Origin: Mustelus asterias
Taxonomy: Eukaryota
Assembly: GCF_964213995.1 (NCBI RefSeq)
Contig: NC_135816.1
Location: 11,036,001 to 11,100,000, forward strand
Direction of reading: 5' to 3'
DNA length: 64,000 nt
A model generated the notes under the pieces. The model did not search any database. It saw nothing but the letters and a program-made list of their open reading frames with translations, and was not told the origin of the DNA. Position numbers and translations under genes: made by a program. This document shows positions 1 to 13,100 of this stretch, piece after piece. Position 1 is the stretch's first letter, and the number at the start of each line of letters is the position of its first letter.

Positions 1-16
1 ACAAGACATTAAAATG

Positions 17-446
17 CAATGACCCTTGCCCCTTGTTAGCGCAGAGACCCTTGCCCCTGGTTAGTACAGTGACCTTTGCCCCTTGTTAGGGCAGTGACCT
101 TTGCCCCTTTTAGTACAGTGACCTTTGCCCCTCGTTAGCACAGTGACGCTTGCCCCTTGTTAGTACAGTGACCCTTGCCCCTCATTAACCCATTGACCCT
201 TGACCCTTGTCAGTGCAGCGACCTTTGCCCCTCGTTGGCGTAGTGACCCTTGCCCCTCGATAGGGCAGTGACCCTTGCCCCTCTTTAACGCATTGACCCT
301 TGCCCCTGTTTAGCGCAGTGAACCTTGCCCCTCATTAGCCCAGTGACCCTTGACCCTTGTCAGCACAGTGATCTTTGCCCCTCATTAGCACAGTGACCCT
401 TGCCCCTTATTAGCACAGTGACCTTTACCCCTCATCAGCACAGTGA
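17..446. repeat. 25-bp minisatellite, about 17 copies (cagtgaccYttgcccctYRttagca), in CD74 intron 1
   Basis: Units read directly from the sequence. Confidence 0.95.
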
Positions 447-504
447 ATGTAGGAATAGTTGGAGGTAGAAGATATTGCAGTGAAAGTTCAAGGAATGCCA
501 GCAT

Positions 505-910
505 TTGGCGATCACTTCAACCACCTGGTGCGGAGGGGAGCGGGCAGGCGGGGAAGGCAGAGGACCTCCTTGTGAACCTGCCTCTGGGCCTGGCCAAGCT
601 TGCCATAAACAGGTCCAGGCAGTGGGTGACTGAGGGAGTCATCTGAAGTGACTGCCTGCCCCTCTTCCGCAGCTATATTCGCAGCTGGGTGTGCCTACAT
701 AGGGAGCGTGCAGTGTCCACGAGCACCGCTGAGATCTTCTGTACTCATTGGGCACCGCAGGGGCTGGGACGTATTATTGACTCTTTTGATCACATTTTGG
801 TTTGATGTTTCCTTTATGCTTTGTTTCTTGTTTCAGGTGGTCCTCCTTCCTTTAAGGGGCTGCCCCTTTTACTTTGTCCCTCAGTTTGTTTGGTCAGTTT
901 AATTGTTTTG
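505..910 (+). mobile_element. Degenerate 3' end of an L1/Tx1-like LINE
   Basis: Translation EDLLVNLPLGLAKLAINRSRQ resembles the Tx1-type ORF2 C-terminus, followed by a T-rich 3' UTR-like tract. Confidence 0.5.
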
Positions 911-978
911 GGAATGGCAACCCCCTCAACCTTAGAGAGCACTCCAATAACCCTCCGTTTGACTTGTCTATTTTCCAG

Positions 979-1157
979 CAGCAGCACGTGCTCTCGAAGC
1001 CTCCTCTGGGGCGGTGTGACCGTGCTGGCCGCCATGCTAATCGCTGGGCAGGTAGTCAGCGTCATGTTCTTGCTGAAGCAACAGGACAAGATCACGGGTC
1101 TGCAGAAGACAACAGATCGAATTGAAAACAAGTATTCTTCAGGCCGGTATCCAGTCA
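979..1157 (+). CDS. CD74: CD74 exon 2 (juxtamembrane Cys, transmembrane helix)
   Basis: Acceptor ttttccag ends 978 (phase 2). Encodes STCSRSLLWGGVTVLAAMLIAGQVVSVMFLLKQQDKI, similar to human [37 protein letters not shown]. Donor a|gtacgt at 1158 gives the phase 1 needed by the next exon. Confidence 0.9.
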
Positions 1158-4100
1158 GTACGTACATCCTCTTTCCTTTCAGTACTTTGACTCAAGCCAA
1201 AATAAATCTGAGGGCCCCCGAGATAGGGCAACACGATATTAGCTAAATGGCAAATAGACTGAAAGCAAGTTGTTACATCTCAAGTATTATGCAGAAATGA
1301 TGCTAGTTTCTTACCGTGCAGGAACTGGATTTACAGCGTTTTATATAATGTTCTAAATGCCATTCAGCTCTCGACTTCCAGCTCTTTCTACAGCTCATTA
1401 TTTTCCTCAGAATCAGCAACCAGGTTCAAGCACACTGAGCATCAATAGTAAGCAGACCCACATCCGCCATGATTGAGCACTGCACAATCAAGGTTCGCAA
1501 CAGTAATCTGTGTCAGCAACCAGGCTCAAAAGTTTAAAGTTTTTTGATTAGTGTCACAAGTGGGCTTACATTGACACTGCAATTAAGTTACTGTGAAAAT
1601 CTCCCAGTCACCACACTCCGGCGCCTGTTCGGGTACACTGAGGGAGAATTTACACTCGGGTACACTGAGGGAGAATTTAGCACGGCCAATCCACCTAACC
1701 AGCATGTCTTTCGGACTGTGGGAGGAAACCGGAGCACCCGAAGGAAACCTACGCAGACACGGGGCGAACATGCAGATTCCACACAGTGACCCAAGCCGGG
1801 AATTGAACCTGGGTCCCTGGTGCTGTGAGGCAGCAGTGCTAACCACTGTGCCACTGTTCCACCCCCAAGACCTGGTTTCGATTCCCGGCTTGGGTGACTG
1901 TCTGTGTGGAGTTTGCATGTTCTCCCCGTGTCTACGTGGGTTCCCTCCGGGTGCTCCGGTTTCCTCCCACACTCCAAAGATACGCAGATTAGGTGGAGTG
2001 GCCGTGCTAAATTGCCCCTTAATTTCAGGTGGTATCACCTGGGCACACAATCGGATGGTGGAATCAGGTGAGGTTAGAAATTTCACAAGGCAAATGGACT
2101 TTGAAGAGGACTAAGCCGCAAGATTATGGGAATAACATGGGAATGGAGAGCTCTTACACTGACAGGATGAACCGAATAATCACTTTATTGTTGTAAGGCT
2201 TTATGATTCTATGATGAGGAGTGGGGCATTCAGCTCCTTGTGCCTGCTAAATTTAATTAGATCATGATGGATCTGCATCTTAACATCGACCACATTACTT
2301 CCATCACCCATAACACTCGTGTGTAACCACAGTCTGGGGGCCAGATTCTCATGCTCCTTGTCCGCGTCGGAGCAGAGACAGGTTGAATTGAAAAATGGCA
2401 GACCGGGTCTGATCCCGGGATTCCCGCTCCCATTCCCAGTGCCAACAGTTTTCACTGGCACAGGGTGAGGGTGGGGATAGCGAGCTCGACACCCTGTACA
2501 CCCAAACTGGCCAGCCTCATTGCCGGGATAGGCATCTCATATTCTCCTATCCGCCTCCCCATACTATCCCCTCCCCGCAATTTCCATGGAGCCAGACCAG
2601 CTTCTAGGTGACTCATAGCCCACACCTCCTCAGAGCAGATAGGAACTACAGTCTGGATTCAGGAACCTTTTGAGAAATAAGTGTAAAATGTCTTATCCAT
2701 ACTCCCTCTACTGTATCCTCACACACCAGAACCAATCAGCTGTGTCATAATAAATGACACTAATGCTGAGGGGAAAAAGCATTTAGAAATCTGATTTGCA
2801 AAAATAACTGCCGTTCTTACAACCCCATAAAAGTGTCAGACAGAGCCATTAATAACATTAATAAGCAAAGCTTCATGTCACAACTCTTCGTCCTGTCCAA
2901 ATATACATACAGACATTGACAAAACAGAACAAAGAAAAAGATAACTGACCATAATCTCATAAACATGTCAATCAAACAGAACCCAGGCTCAGCTAATCCG
3001 TTTGTAAGTCTTAGTGATCAGCCAAGCATTTATAATGAGGCCATCTGGAAACTGTGTTAACAGAATTAGATAGCTAGAGATCTGTTCCTTGAAATGGGCT
3101 CATTATGCATTTTATGTTAATGCAATCTAACAAAACTGTTAATCATACCCCTGAACAGCCATGCCACAGGCCATCAAATTTTCAAAATCAGCCAAACATT
3201 CATAATAGCCACAGCTATCAAAAGATTATTGAGTTCCCAACTCCAAAGGCTGAAATTGAAAGAGTAGAGGCTGACTTCTGCATTTCAAAACAGATTACCT
3301 GTCAATCAATGTGGAGGAGCAACATATTTTTGAATGCATTATAGCATTTTCTTCATGGGAAAAAGTACTGTAATGCATATCAATGCTTATACAATGGTAG
3401 TCAAAGTAATGTTCAACTTACCTTTGCAGGATAGAGTCCTGCAATGAAGCACTGCATCAAAACAGATCCACATTGCAATATAACATCTTATAGTAACATT
3501 TGAAGGCGTCAAAACATTTAACACTTCCTGTCAAAATGTTCCCAACTCCCCAGGCCTCCTGAAGGGTCATGTGCTCTCCAAGGACATGTTTTTTTTTTGT
3601 GTTTGAATACCCGCCAGCACATGAAAATAGCGTGCGGGAGGAAGTAGTCGTCACAATGAGGACTCCTGACCTCAGAAAGGGCGAGTGTGCGTTTTGCACT
3701 CAAGGCCTTCCCAACCCGCCAAAAGTCCAGATGAAAATGGTGTGGGGTCGGGAAGGTGGAGGAAAATTGCTTCTTCTGCAAAAAGGAAATAAGCACCGAA
3801 ACGCATCTCTGTTTCGCTGTCTTCTCTCCATGTTGTCAATGAGTTGCACTCATAACAAAATAATTTCCACTTATCTCTTCAGAGCCTAAGCAAATAATGC
3901 ATCTCCGACCCATGATGATGGACATGCCCATTTCGTACATCGACCCAGACAACGAAGGTCCAAAGGTAACTTCCAGCAAAGAAAGAAAAGCAAGACATTA
4001 CACTTCACATGAATGGATGGAACGACGGAGGTTGAGGGGTGACCTGATAGAAGTCTACAAGATTATGAGAGGCATGGACAGAGTGGACAGTCAGAAGCTC

Positions 4101-7100
4101 TTTCCCAGAGTCAATTACTAGGGGGCACGGGTTTAAGGTGCGAGGGGCAAGGTTTAAAGGAGATGTACGAGGCAAGTTTTTTACCCAGAGGGTGGTGGGT
4201 GCCTGGAACTCGCTGCCGGGGGAGGTAGTGGAAGCAGATACGATAGTGACTTTTAAGGGGCGTCTGGACAAATACATGAATAGGATGGGAATAGAGGGAT
4301 ATGGTCCCCGGAAGGGTAGGGGGTTTTAGTTCAGTTAGGCAGCATGGTCGGTGCAGGCTTGGAGGGCCGAAGGGCCTGTTCCTGTGCTGTAATTTTCTTT
4401 GTTCTTTGAATAAAGGTTAAACACCGCGAGGAGACACATTGGGCGGGATTTTTCAGCCTTGCTTGTCCTGAAACATAAAATCCCGCCTGAGATCAATGGA
4501 CCTGTCCAAGCGCCACCCCTCGCCTGCTCCGATTCCTGTGGCGGGCAGGTCGATACCCAACCATTAAGTGGCTCGCCATCTGAGTGACTATTTTTTGGAT
4601 CTTACTGTGCACAACAGTTGTGTTTGGCCCACCTGATTACAGTGACTGATCTTCACTCAGACTCACTGGGTATGGAGATGTTCTGAGAAGGGGATAAAGC
4701 ATTGCACAAAGAGAATGGCTGTTGAAATTGGGTTACTGTTCCATTGGGCCCCTCCTCCATGTCCTACTGGGGCCTTCGTGCAATTGGAGGAACCAGGTAC
4801 CAGGGTAATAATAGGTTGGGGCCGAGTGGTGGAGCCAGCGGAGGGGAAGGTCATCACTCAATGTGAAACTACCTTCTCCGTTTACCTTCCTTGGTCGCCT
4901 CGTTACCGCACCCCCCACCCCTCCCCCCCCACCCTCCTCTACCATTATCGGGCTCTGTGTTCAGCCTGTGGTCCGTGAGGCATTCTGACTTCGTTTTCCA
5001 ACTTGGGTCAGTCAAAATTCTCAGCACCCTCGAGTGTATTTAAGACAGAGATAGATAGGTTCTTGATTGGTAAGGAGGTCAAAGGTTACGGGGAAAAGGC
5101 AGGAGAATGGGGTTGAGAAACCTACCAGCCATGATTGAATGGTAGAGCAGACTCGATGGGCCGAATGGCCTAATTTTAATTCTGCTCCTACATTTTATGA
5201 TCTTATACCCTCTCCATCACCCCAATCCCTAGCTCCCTCCCTGTCAAGTGGATCCAACATTAAGCATGAGTCTTAACCATTCCCCCCCCCCCATCTGACC
5301 CGACACCAATCGATTAAACCAAGCTACTCCCAAGCACCTCCCCCCCCCGCCCCCCCCCGCTCCCCCCAATGCAAACGTAAAATAAAGCCTGGGGACGCCA
5401 GAGTTGATGCAGGATCCTCCAGACTCGAAACGTTGGTTCTATCCCTCTCTCCACAGAGGCTGTCAGGCCGGCTGAGATTTTCCAGCATTTTCTGTGCTAA
5501 GATTAACTGGACAAGCTGAACCATACAGCAAGAGTGGGAGTGGTGGAGGAGAACTCAAGTTTCTCTTCCTCATGCTGGTGAGAAATGGAAAATCCAATCG
5601 GTGGCCGTTACAGCCTTCCACAATACAACCCGCACCGTTCAAACACTGACAGAGGAGTGGGAGGAACCACCTGCTGCTTCTCCAGCTCCAGGTTCATGTC
5701 ACACTACGTGTAACCCTCACCATTTCCTGGGCTTGCAAAATCCGACTAACTGTCCTGGTTTGAGACAATTCACACCTCTTTAACCTGTGATTATCCCTCT
5801 CTTCACTCGCACTGTCTGTCCCTGTAAAGACTTGATTACCTGTAAAGACTCGCATTCCAAACATTATCTTACAATTGTGTCTTTGTCTACAAATGCCGTG
5901 TTTGTGAACCCAACTCTCCACTCACCTGATGAAGGAGCAACGCTCCGAAAGCTCGTGATTCCAAATAAACCTGTTGGACTTTAACCTGGTGTTGTGTCTC
6001 CGGCTAAGATCAGGAGGTCTAATCGCACCACTTTGGAGCTCCCTCACCCATTTTCCGTTAACTTTATTCCGTGTTTGTTTCCGGTTGGATGCTCGAGGGC
6101 TTAAGTTCATGGCCACCGGCACATGGATTAAAAGAGGGAAAATGATGGCTTTTGCACAGAACATTCCACACTCCCAGCAAAAGCTTGTAAAGAGAACAAC
6201 ACTGCTCGTCTACAACAGAGGTTGTGGGATCTTTAACATCCCCCCGCTCAGAGGGCAGATATCACGGGTTCCACATCTCATCTGGTGGGGCAGTGTTTCC
6301 TCAGTACTGGCACTGGGAGAATCATAGAATCCCTCCAGTGAGAAGGAGGCCATTTGGCCCATCGAGCCTGCACCGACCACAATCCCACTCTGGCCCTACC
6401 CCCGTAACCCCACATATTTACCCTGCTAATCCCCCTGACACTAAGTGGCAGTTTAGCATGGCCAATCAACCTGACCCGTACATCTTTGGAGTGTGGGAGG
6501 AAACCGGAGCACCCAGAGGAAACCCACGCAGACACGGGGAGAACGTGCAGCGACCCGAAGCTGGAATTGAACCCGTGTTCCCGGCGCTGTGAGGCAGCAG
6601 TGCGAACCACTGTGCCACCCTGCCTAGATTTTACATTTGAGTCTCTGGAGTACGTGGGACCTGAACCCACAATGTGCTGATCCAAAGGCAGGGAAGTTAT
6701 CCAGTGGGAGTTGGTAAATTCTTCCAGAGTTGGAGTGATATATTTTGATGAGTTTTGATTTTGGAACAGTTCATGATGTTTACGACCCGTTAATTGTATC
6801 AGAGAAAAATGTAATTTGCTTTTTGTGCTTGTTTTTCCCACAGGCTCCAAAACCCACCCCCGCCAAGCCCCTGACCTTGCTGGAACAGGTGCAGGAACTG
6901 CTGAAGGTAGGACATTTTTGAAAGCTTTTGTGGAATCGGGGAATGATACAGAGGTGGAGGAGGTTATTTCTACCCATGCCAACTCCTTGAAAGAAGAACC
7001 CAAGTAGTTCCATTTCACCAGCCCTTTCCCCTGAAAATCCTAATCTTTACAGATATTTATCCAATTCTCTTTGAAAGTTAATCATTGAATTCGCTTCTAC

Positions 7101-10100
7101 GGCCCTTTCTGGCAGCACATTCCGGATCACAATTCATTTGTGTGAAAACAAATTCTCCCACCTGGCTCCTTCGCCAATTAACTTTAACCTGTGACCTCTG
7201 ACCCGGCTTCAAGGAAACAATTCCTTCCCTTATACACTCTCAAAACTGTTTGACCGCCTCTATTCAATCTGCCCTTTAACCTTCTCTGCTCGAAGGAGAA
7301 CCAACCCAGCTTCTCCAGACCCGCCACATAACTGAAGCTCTTTATCCCCGGCACCGTTCTGATAAATCCCCTCCGCACCCTCTCCAAAGACCGCGACCTT
7401 ACTGGTCGTTTGCACTCATGGCGCATCAAGGTCAGAGAATTTGACGACCAGCCAAATCTCCATTCACTGCGGCGGGGATGGGAAAATCCCATCAGCATGA
7501 ACGGTGGTAAGATTCTGGCCAAATTCTTTTTTAAAATTCATTTGATTATTTGACACGGGCGTCGCTGGCTGACCAGCATTTATTGTCCATCCCTAGTTGC
7601 CCTTGTCGGGCAGTTGAAAATCAACCACATTGCTGTGGCTCTGGAGTCACATGTAGGCCAGACCACGTAAGGATGGCAGATTTCCTTCCCTAAAGGACAT
7701 TAGTGAACCAGATGGGTTTTTCCAACAATCGACAATGGTTTCATGGTCGCCTGTAGATTCTTAATTCCGGATGTTTTTTATTGAAGTCAAATTTCACCAT
7801 CTGCCGTGGCGGGATTCGAACCCGGGTCCCCAGAACATTAGCTGAGTTTCTGCAATAATAGTCTAACAATAATACCACTAGGCCATCACCTCTCCAAGTC
7901 AGCCAACCTAATGGTGTTCGGAAGTAGGTATGATCCTCCAGCTGGGGCGGATCTAGTGGTTTATAAAGGGTCTTTAAAAATGATTTTGAAAGGTTATATT
8001 TGAGGAGTTATGGGAAAAGGATGGGCAATGAATGCCGGACTAATCAGATAGTTCTTTCAAAGAGCTGGAATACGCTGGATGGGTCAAATGGTTCTATAGC
8101 ACCAACATGTCTCCATATTGTGACCTGAATGTGGGAAGAATGGCCCAAAAGATATTGAAGGCTTTGATCATTCACGTAAATTTCCCAACCGCGAGGGAAG
8201 AAAAAGCACTTGACGGACTTTAAGGCTGTTTGTGTGTAGCTCAAATCTGAACAGAAGGTTTAATATCGTTGAAGAATGGGTGACTACACCTTTGGTTAAA
8301 CGGTTAGCCAAATATGACATGATGTTGCTTTTTCAATGGCAGAAGGAGAACACAAGCAAGGCGATTCCTGAATTCAACAGCTCCTTCTCCGCTAACATCG
8401 ACCTACTGAGAGAGAGCATGACCGAATCCGAATGGCAGGTTAGTGCTTTGTCGCAAAGGATTACATCGACCTTACACCACTGGGAAAGGCCATTCGGCCC
8501 AACTGGTCCATGCTAGTGTTAAGGCTCCACACGTGCCTCCTCCCACCTCACCCCATCAGCATAACCTTCTAGTCCTTTCTCCCTCATGCAACTTATTAGC
8601 TTCCTCTTAAATGCATCTACACTATTCACCTCAACTGCTCCCAATGATAGATTGGTGAATCTGTGGAACTCTTTGCCGCAGAAGGCTGTGGAGGTCATTG
8701 AGTGTCTTTAAGACAGAGATAGATAGGCTCTTGATTAATAAGGGGGTCAGGGGTTATGGGGAAAAGGCAGGAGAATAGGGATGAGAAAAATATCAGCCAT
8801 GATTGAAGGGCAGAGCAGACTCGATGGGCCGATTGGCCTAATTCTACTCCTATGTCTTATGGTCTTATGGTCTTATAGCAAACTCCCAGTCTCTGGTTGA
8901 CAAAATTTTTCCTGAATTCTTCTTGGATTTATTAGTGTCTGTCTTACACTGATTTCTCTCATTCTAACAGGTCTAAACAATATAGAAGCAGGAAGGATGT
9001 TCCCGATGGTGGGGATGTCCTGAATCAGGGGTAATAGCATTGGGATACAGGGTAGGAAGTTTAAGACGGAGATGAGGAGAAATTTCTTCACGCAACAAGT
9101 GGTCAGCCTGTGGAATTCCCTACCCAGAAAGCAATTGAGGTCAAAACATATGTTTTCAAGAAGCAGTTAGATATAGCTCTTGGGGCGAAGTGGATCAAAG
9201 GGGGAAGACGGGATTAGGCTATTGAATTGGATGATCAGCCATGATCATAATGAATAGTAGAGCAGGCTCAAAGGGCTGAATGGCCTCCTCCTTCTCCTAT
9301 ATTCTATGTTTCCAGGTCTCTTTAGTTTTAGTTTCTCCCACAACTCATGAACTGGAAGAGGCCATTCAGCCCCTCCAGTGTGTTCTGCCATTCAGTGATA
9401 TCATGGCTGATCTGTGCCTTAATCCCATCCTGGCTCCATAATTCCTTGATACCCATGGCTAGCAAAGATCTATCACCCTCAACTTTGAAAATGTATAACT
9501 GAGCTGGCATCTACTGGGGCGGCACGGAGGCACAGTGGTTAGCACTGCTGCCTCACAGCGCCAAGTACCTGGGTTCAATTCCGGCCTTGGATGACTGTGT
9601 GGAGTTTGCACGGTCTCCCCGCGTCTGCATGGGTTTCCTCCGGGTGCTCCAGTTTCCTCCCACACTCCACAGATGTGTGGGTTAGGTGGATTGGCCATGC
9701 TAAATTTCCCCTTAGTGTCATGGGAAATACATGGGGATAGGGCCTGGGTGGGATTGTTGTCGGTGCAGGCTCGATGGGCCGAATGGCTTCCTTCTGCATT
9801 GTAGGAATTCTATGATCCTTCTATTCTATACTGCTTTTCTGTGGGAGAGCGTGCCACACCTCCAGGAGCTTCTGTGTGAAGAATTGGAACCATCTTCTCT
9901 GCGTCTACTCTTCCTGAACCATTTGAATGTTTAAAGTTTGTGGAAACTTTTCCCTTCAGTGTTTGAGCTTGGTTTGAGAGATGCTTCGATACCTAACATT
10001 AAAATGTCTGCCTCCCGCCAGCAAAAGTAAACCCACAATGCAGTTCAGAGGACTCAAGCCATCAGATACTGACCTGGTGATATATCTTTTGTTTACAGGA

Positions 10101-13100
10101 CTTCGAAACTTGGCTCCGAAACTGGCTTCTCTTTCAGCTCATTCAGGAGAAGAAGCCAGTCCCGACAACCAGTCCCCCCAAACCTGAACCTCAACCTAAA
10201 CACAACGGTATGTATCTGTGATATGCTTTATATGATTGGCACCTCATCCACCACCTTCGACATTCACTCCCCCTGCCCCCGCCCGCCCCCATACTGACGC
10301 ACACTGCGGCCAGAGTGTTCCATCTACAAGATGCACTGCAGCAACTCACCAAGACTCCTTCGACAACACCTTCCAAACCCACAACCTCTACCATCTGGAA
10401 GGACAAGAGCGGCAGATACCTGGGAACTCCACCACCTGCAAATTCCCCTTCGAGCCCCTCACCATCCCGATTTGAAAATATATCGGCTGTTCCTTCACTG
10501 GGTCAAAAATCCCTAAGCTCCCTCCCTAAAAGCACTGTGGGTGTACCTACACCACATGGACTGAAGAAGTTCAAGGTGGCAGCTCACCACCACCTTCTCA
10601 AGGGCAACAAATGCCTAGCCTGGCCAATGGCACCCTTATCCTGTGGAAGAATGAATTAAATATGTTGAGCACCAGTCAATTAACTCCTTCTGAAGTATAA
10701 CCACTGTTGTTATATATACAAAATGATAACCAATTTGTGCTCACCACAAACACAAGTGAGATAAATGAGCAAATCATTGATTTTAATTGAGGGATTGATG
10801 CTAAATGGTAAAAAGGCTGCAGTGATTGGGTGGAGGTCTTAAATACTTCAAAGAGTTTGCACGTTCCCCTCGTGTCTGCATGGGTTTCCTCCGGGTGCTC
10901 CGGTTTCCTCCCACACTCCAAAGATGTGCAGGTTAGGTGGATTGGCCATGCTAAATTGCCCCTTGGTGTCAGGGGGACTAGCTAGGGTAAATGCATGGAG
11001 TTACGGGGATAGGGCGGGATTGTGGTCGGTGCAGACTCGATGGGTCGAATGGCCTCCTTCTGCCCTGTAGGATTCTATAACGTCCCAGTCAATGAAATAA
11101 CTTGAGGTGTATTCTCTTAGGTGGACATAACAGACTCCACAGAACTATTTTGAAAAATAGGGACAGTCTCCGTTGGTGGGCTGAGCCAATATTTATTCCT
11201 CAACAACATCATGAAACATCATTAAATTTAAACAAATTATCTGGAAATGATCTCATTACTGTTTGGGAGACCTCCCTGTGTTGGGCAAAACTGAGTGTGG
11301 CACAGGCACAGCGGTTAGCACTGCTGCCTCACAACACCAGGAACCTGGGTTCGATTCCTGGCTTGGGTGACTGTTTGTGTGGAGTTTGCACATTCTCCCT
11401 GTGTCTGCGTGGGTTTCCTCCGGGTGCTCCGGTTTCCTCCCACAGTCCAAAGATATGCAGGTTAGGTGGATTGACCGTGCTAAATTGACGATTAGTGTCA
11501 GGGGATTAGTAGGGTAAACATGTAGGGTTACAGGAATAAGGCCTGGGTGGGATTGTGGTCAGTACAGACTCGATTGGCTGAATGGCCTCCTTTTGCACTG
11601 TAGGGATTCTATGACCAGTGGGATTGGGAAAATTGGATCACTCTTTCAAAGAGGCAGGATGGGAAGACTGGACTCCTTCTGTTCTCTGATTCTATGGCCC
11701 CTACTTTTCCAGAACAGCTGTAGCTTCCTTCCCTCCAAGGAATCTCCTCAGCTCCCACATGGCTACTGATCCTGCTTCCCTCACCAGCTGTGTCCCTGCC
11801 TGATCCAAATGCTCTTGTTCCTCCCTCTCTAGCAATGGATGGGAATCCCATTTCCCAGACACCAGGAGGTCACTGCTGTGTGGGTGCAGTGACTCTGCTC
11901 CAAAGGCTGGTGAGCAGACCTGGCTGAGCATACTGAGAGAGATCCACTCACAATAAAGGGCAGGCAATGGCCTAGTGGTATTATCACTAGACTATTAACC
12001 CAGAAGCTCAGCTAATGTTCTGGGGACCCGCGTTCGAATCCCAATTTTATTGAATTTGAATTCAATAAAAAGTATCTGGAATTAAGAATCTACTGATGAC
12101 CATGAAACCATTGTTGATTGGCCGAAAAACCCATCTGGTTCACTAAGTTTACTTATTAGTGTCACAAGTAGGTTGGCATTAACACTGCAATGAAGTTACT
12201 GTGAAAATCCCGTAGTCGCCACACTCCAGCGCCTGTTCGGGTACACTGAGGGAGAATCTAGCACCTAACCAGCACCCGGAGGGAACGCACACAGACACGG
12301 GGAGAACATGCAGACACTGCACAGACAGTGACCCAAGCTGGGAATTGAACCCAGGTCCCTGATGCTGTGAGGCAGCAGTGCTAACCACTGTGTCACCGTG
12401 CCACCCCTTATGTCCTTTAGGGATGGAAATCTGCTGTCCTTACCTGGTCTGGCCTATTTGTGACTCCAGAGCCACAGCAACATAGTTGACCTCAGGCAAC
12501 TAGGGATAGGTAATAAATGCTGGCCAGCCAGCGATGCCCATATCCCACAAATGAATAAAAGAAAACTCACAAAGTACTCATAAAGACATCACTTGCTAAC
12601 TAGTGCTGTGGCCTTTCCCTTTAAATCATTCAATGGATGTCACAAGAGGGGTTTACATCAACAAAGCATTTTGAACCCAGTAAGATATCCCAATGTGTTT
12701 CACAGGCAGTATTTTACACTGAGCAACATAATGAGATATTAGAAACATGGAAACATAGAAAAACTACAGCACAAACAGGCCTTTCGGCCCCACAAGTTGT
12801 CCCTACCTTCTAGGCCTATCTATAACCCTGTTATTAGAAGTCATCAAAACCCTGATCTAGGATGTACATTTTAAGGAGAGAGAGGTAAGTAGATGCAGAG
12901 GATTCAGAGGGGATTCGGAGCTAAAGTCCAAGGCAGCTGAAGACATGGCTGCCAGCGATGGCCTGAATCAAGTCAGGGATGACGGAGTTGGGAGAGGGCG
13001 GATAACTCGGGGAGAGGGGGGGTTTGTCTGGCTACGGTTTCAGTGAGACCATGGAGGGATTTGAAAAGAAGGGTGGGAGTTTTGAGATTGAGGCTGGACC

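Noticed and set aside
17-446. CRISPR-like appearance of the 25-bp and 52-bp arrays
   Set aside because: Contiguous tandem units with no unique spacers, in a vertebrate intron.
6278-7018. 246-aa minus-strand ORF and the many similar ORFs containing LRGFPPGAPVSSHSPK or WEETGAPGGNPRRHGE
   Set aside because: Chance translations of V-type SINE copies and of antisense CD74 exon 4.
9516-9600. tRNA-like A and B boxes
   Set aside because: These are SINE heads, not cloverleaf tRNA genes.
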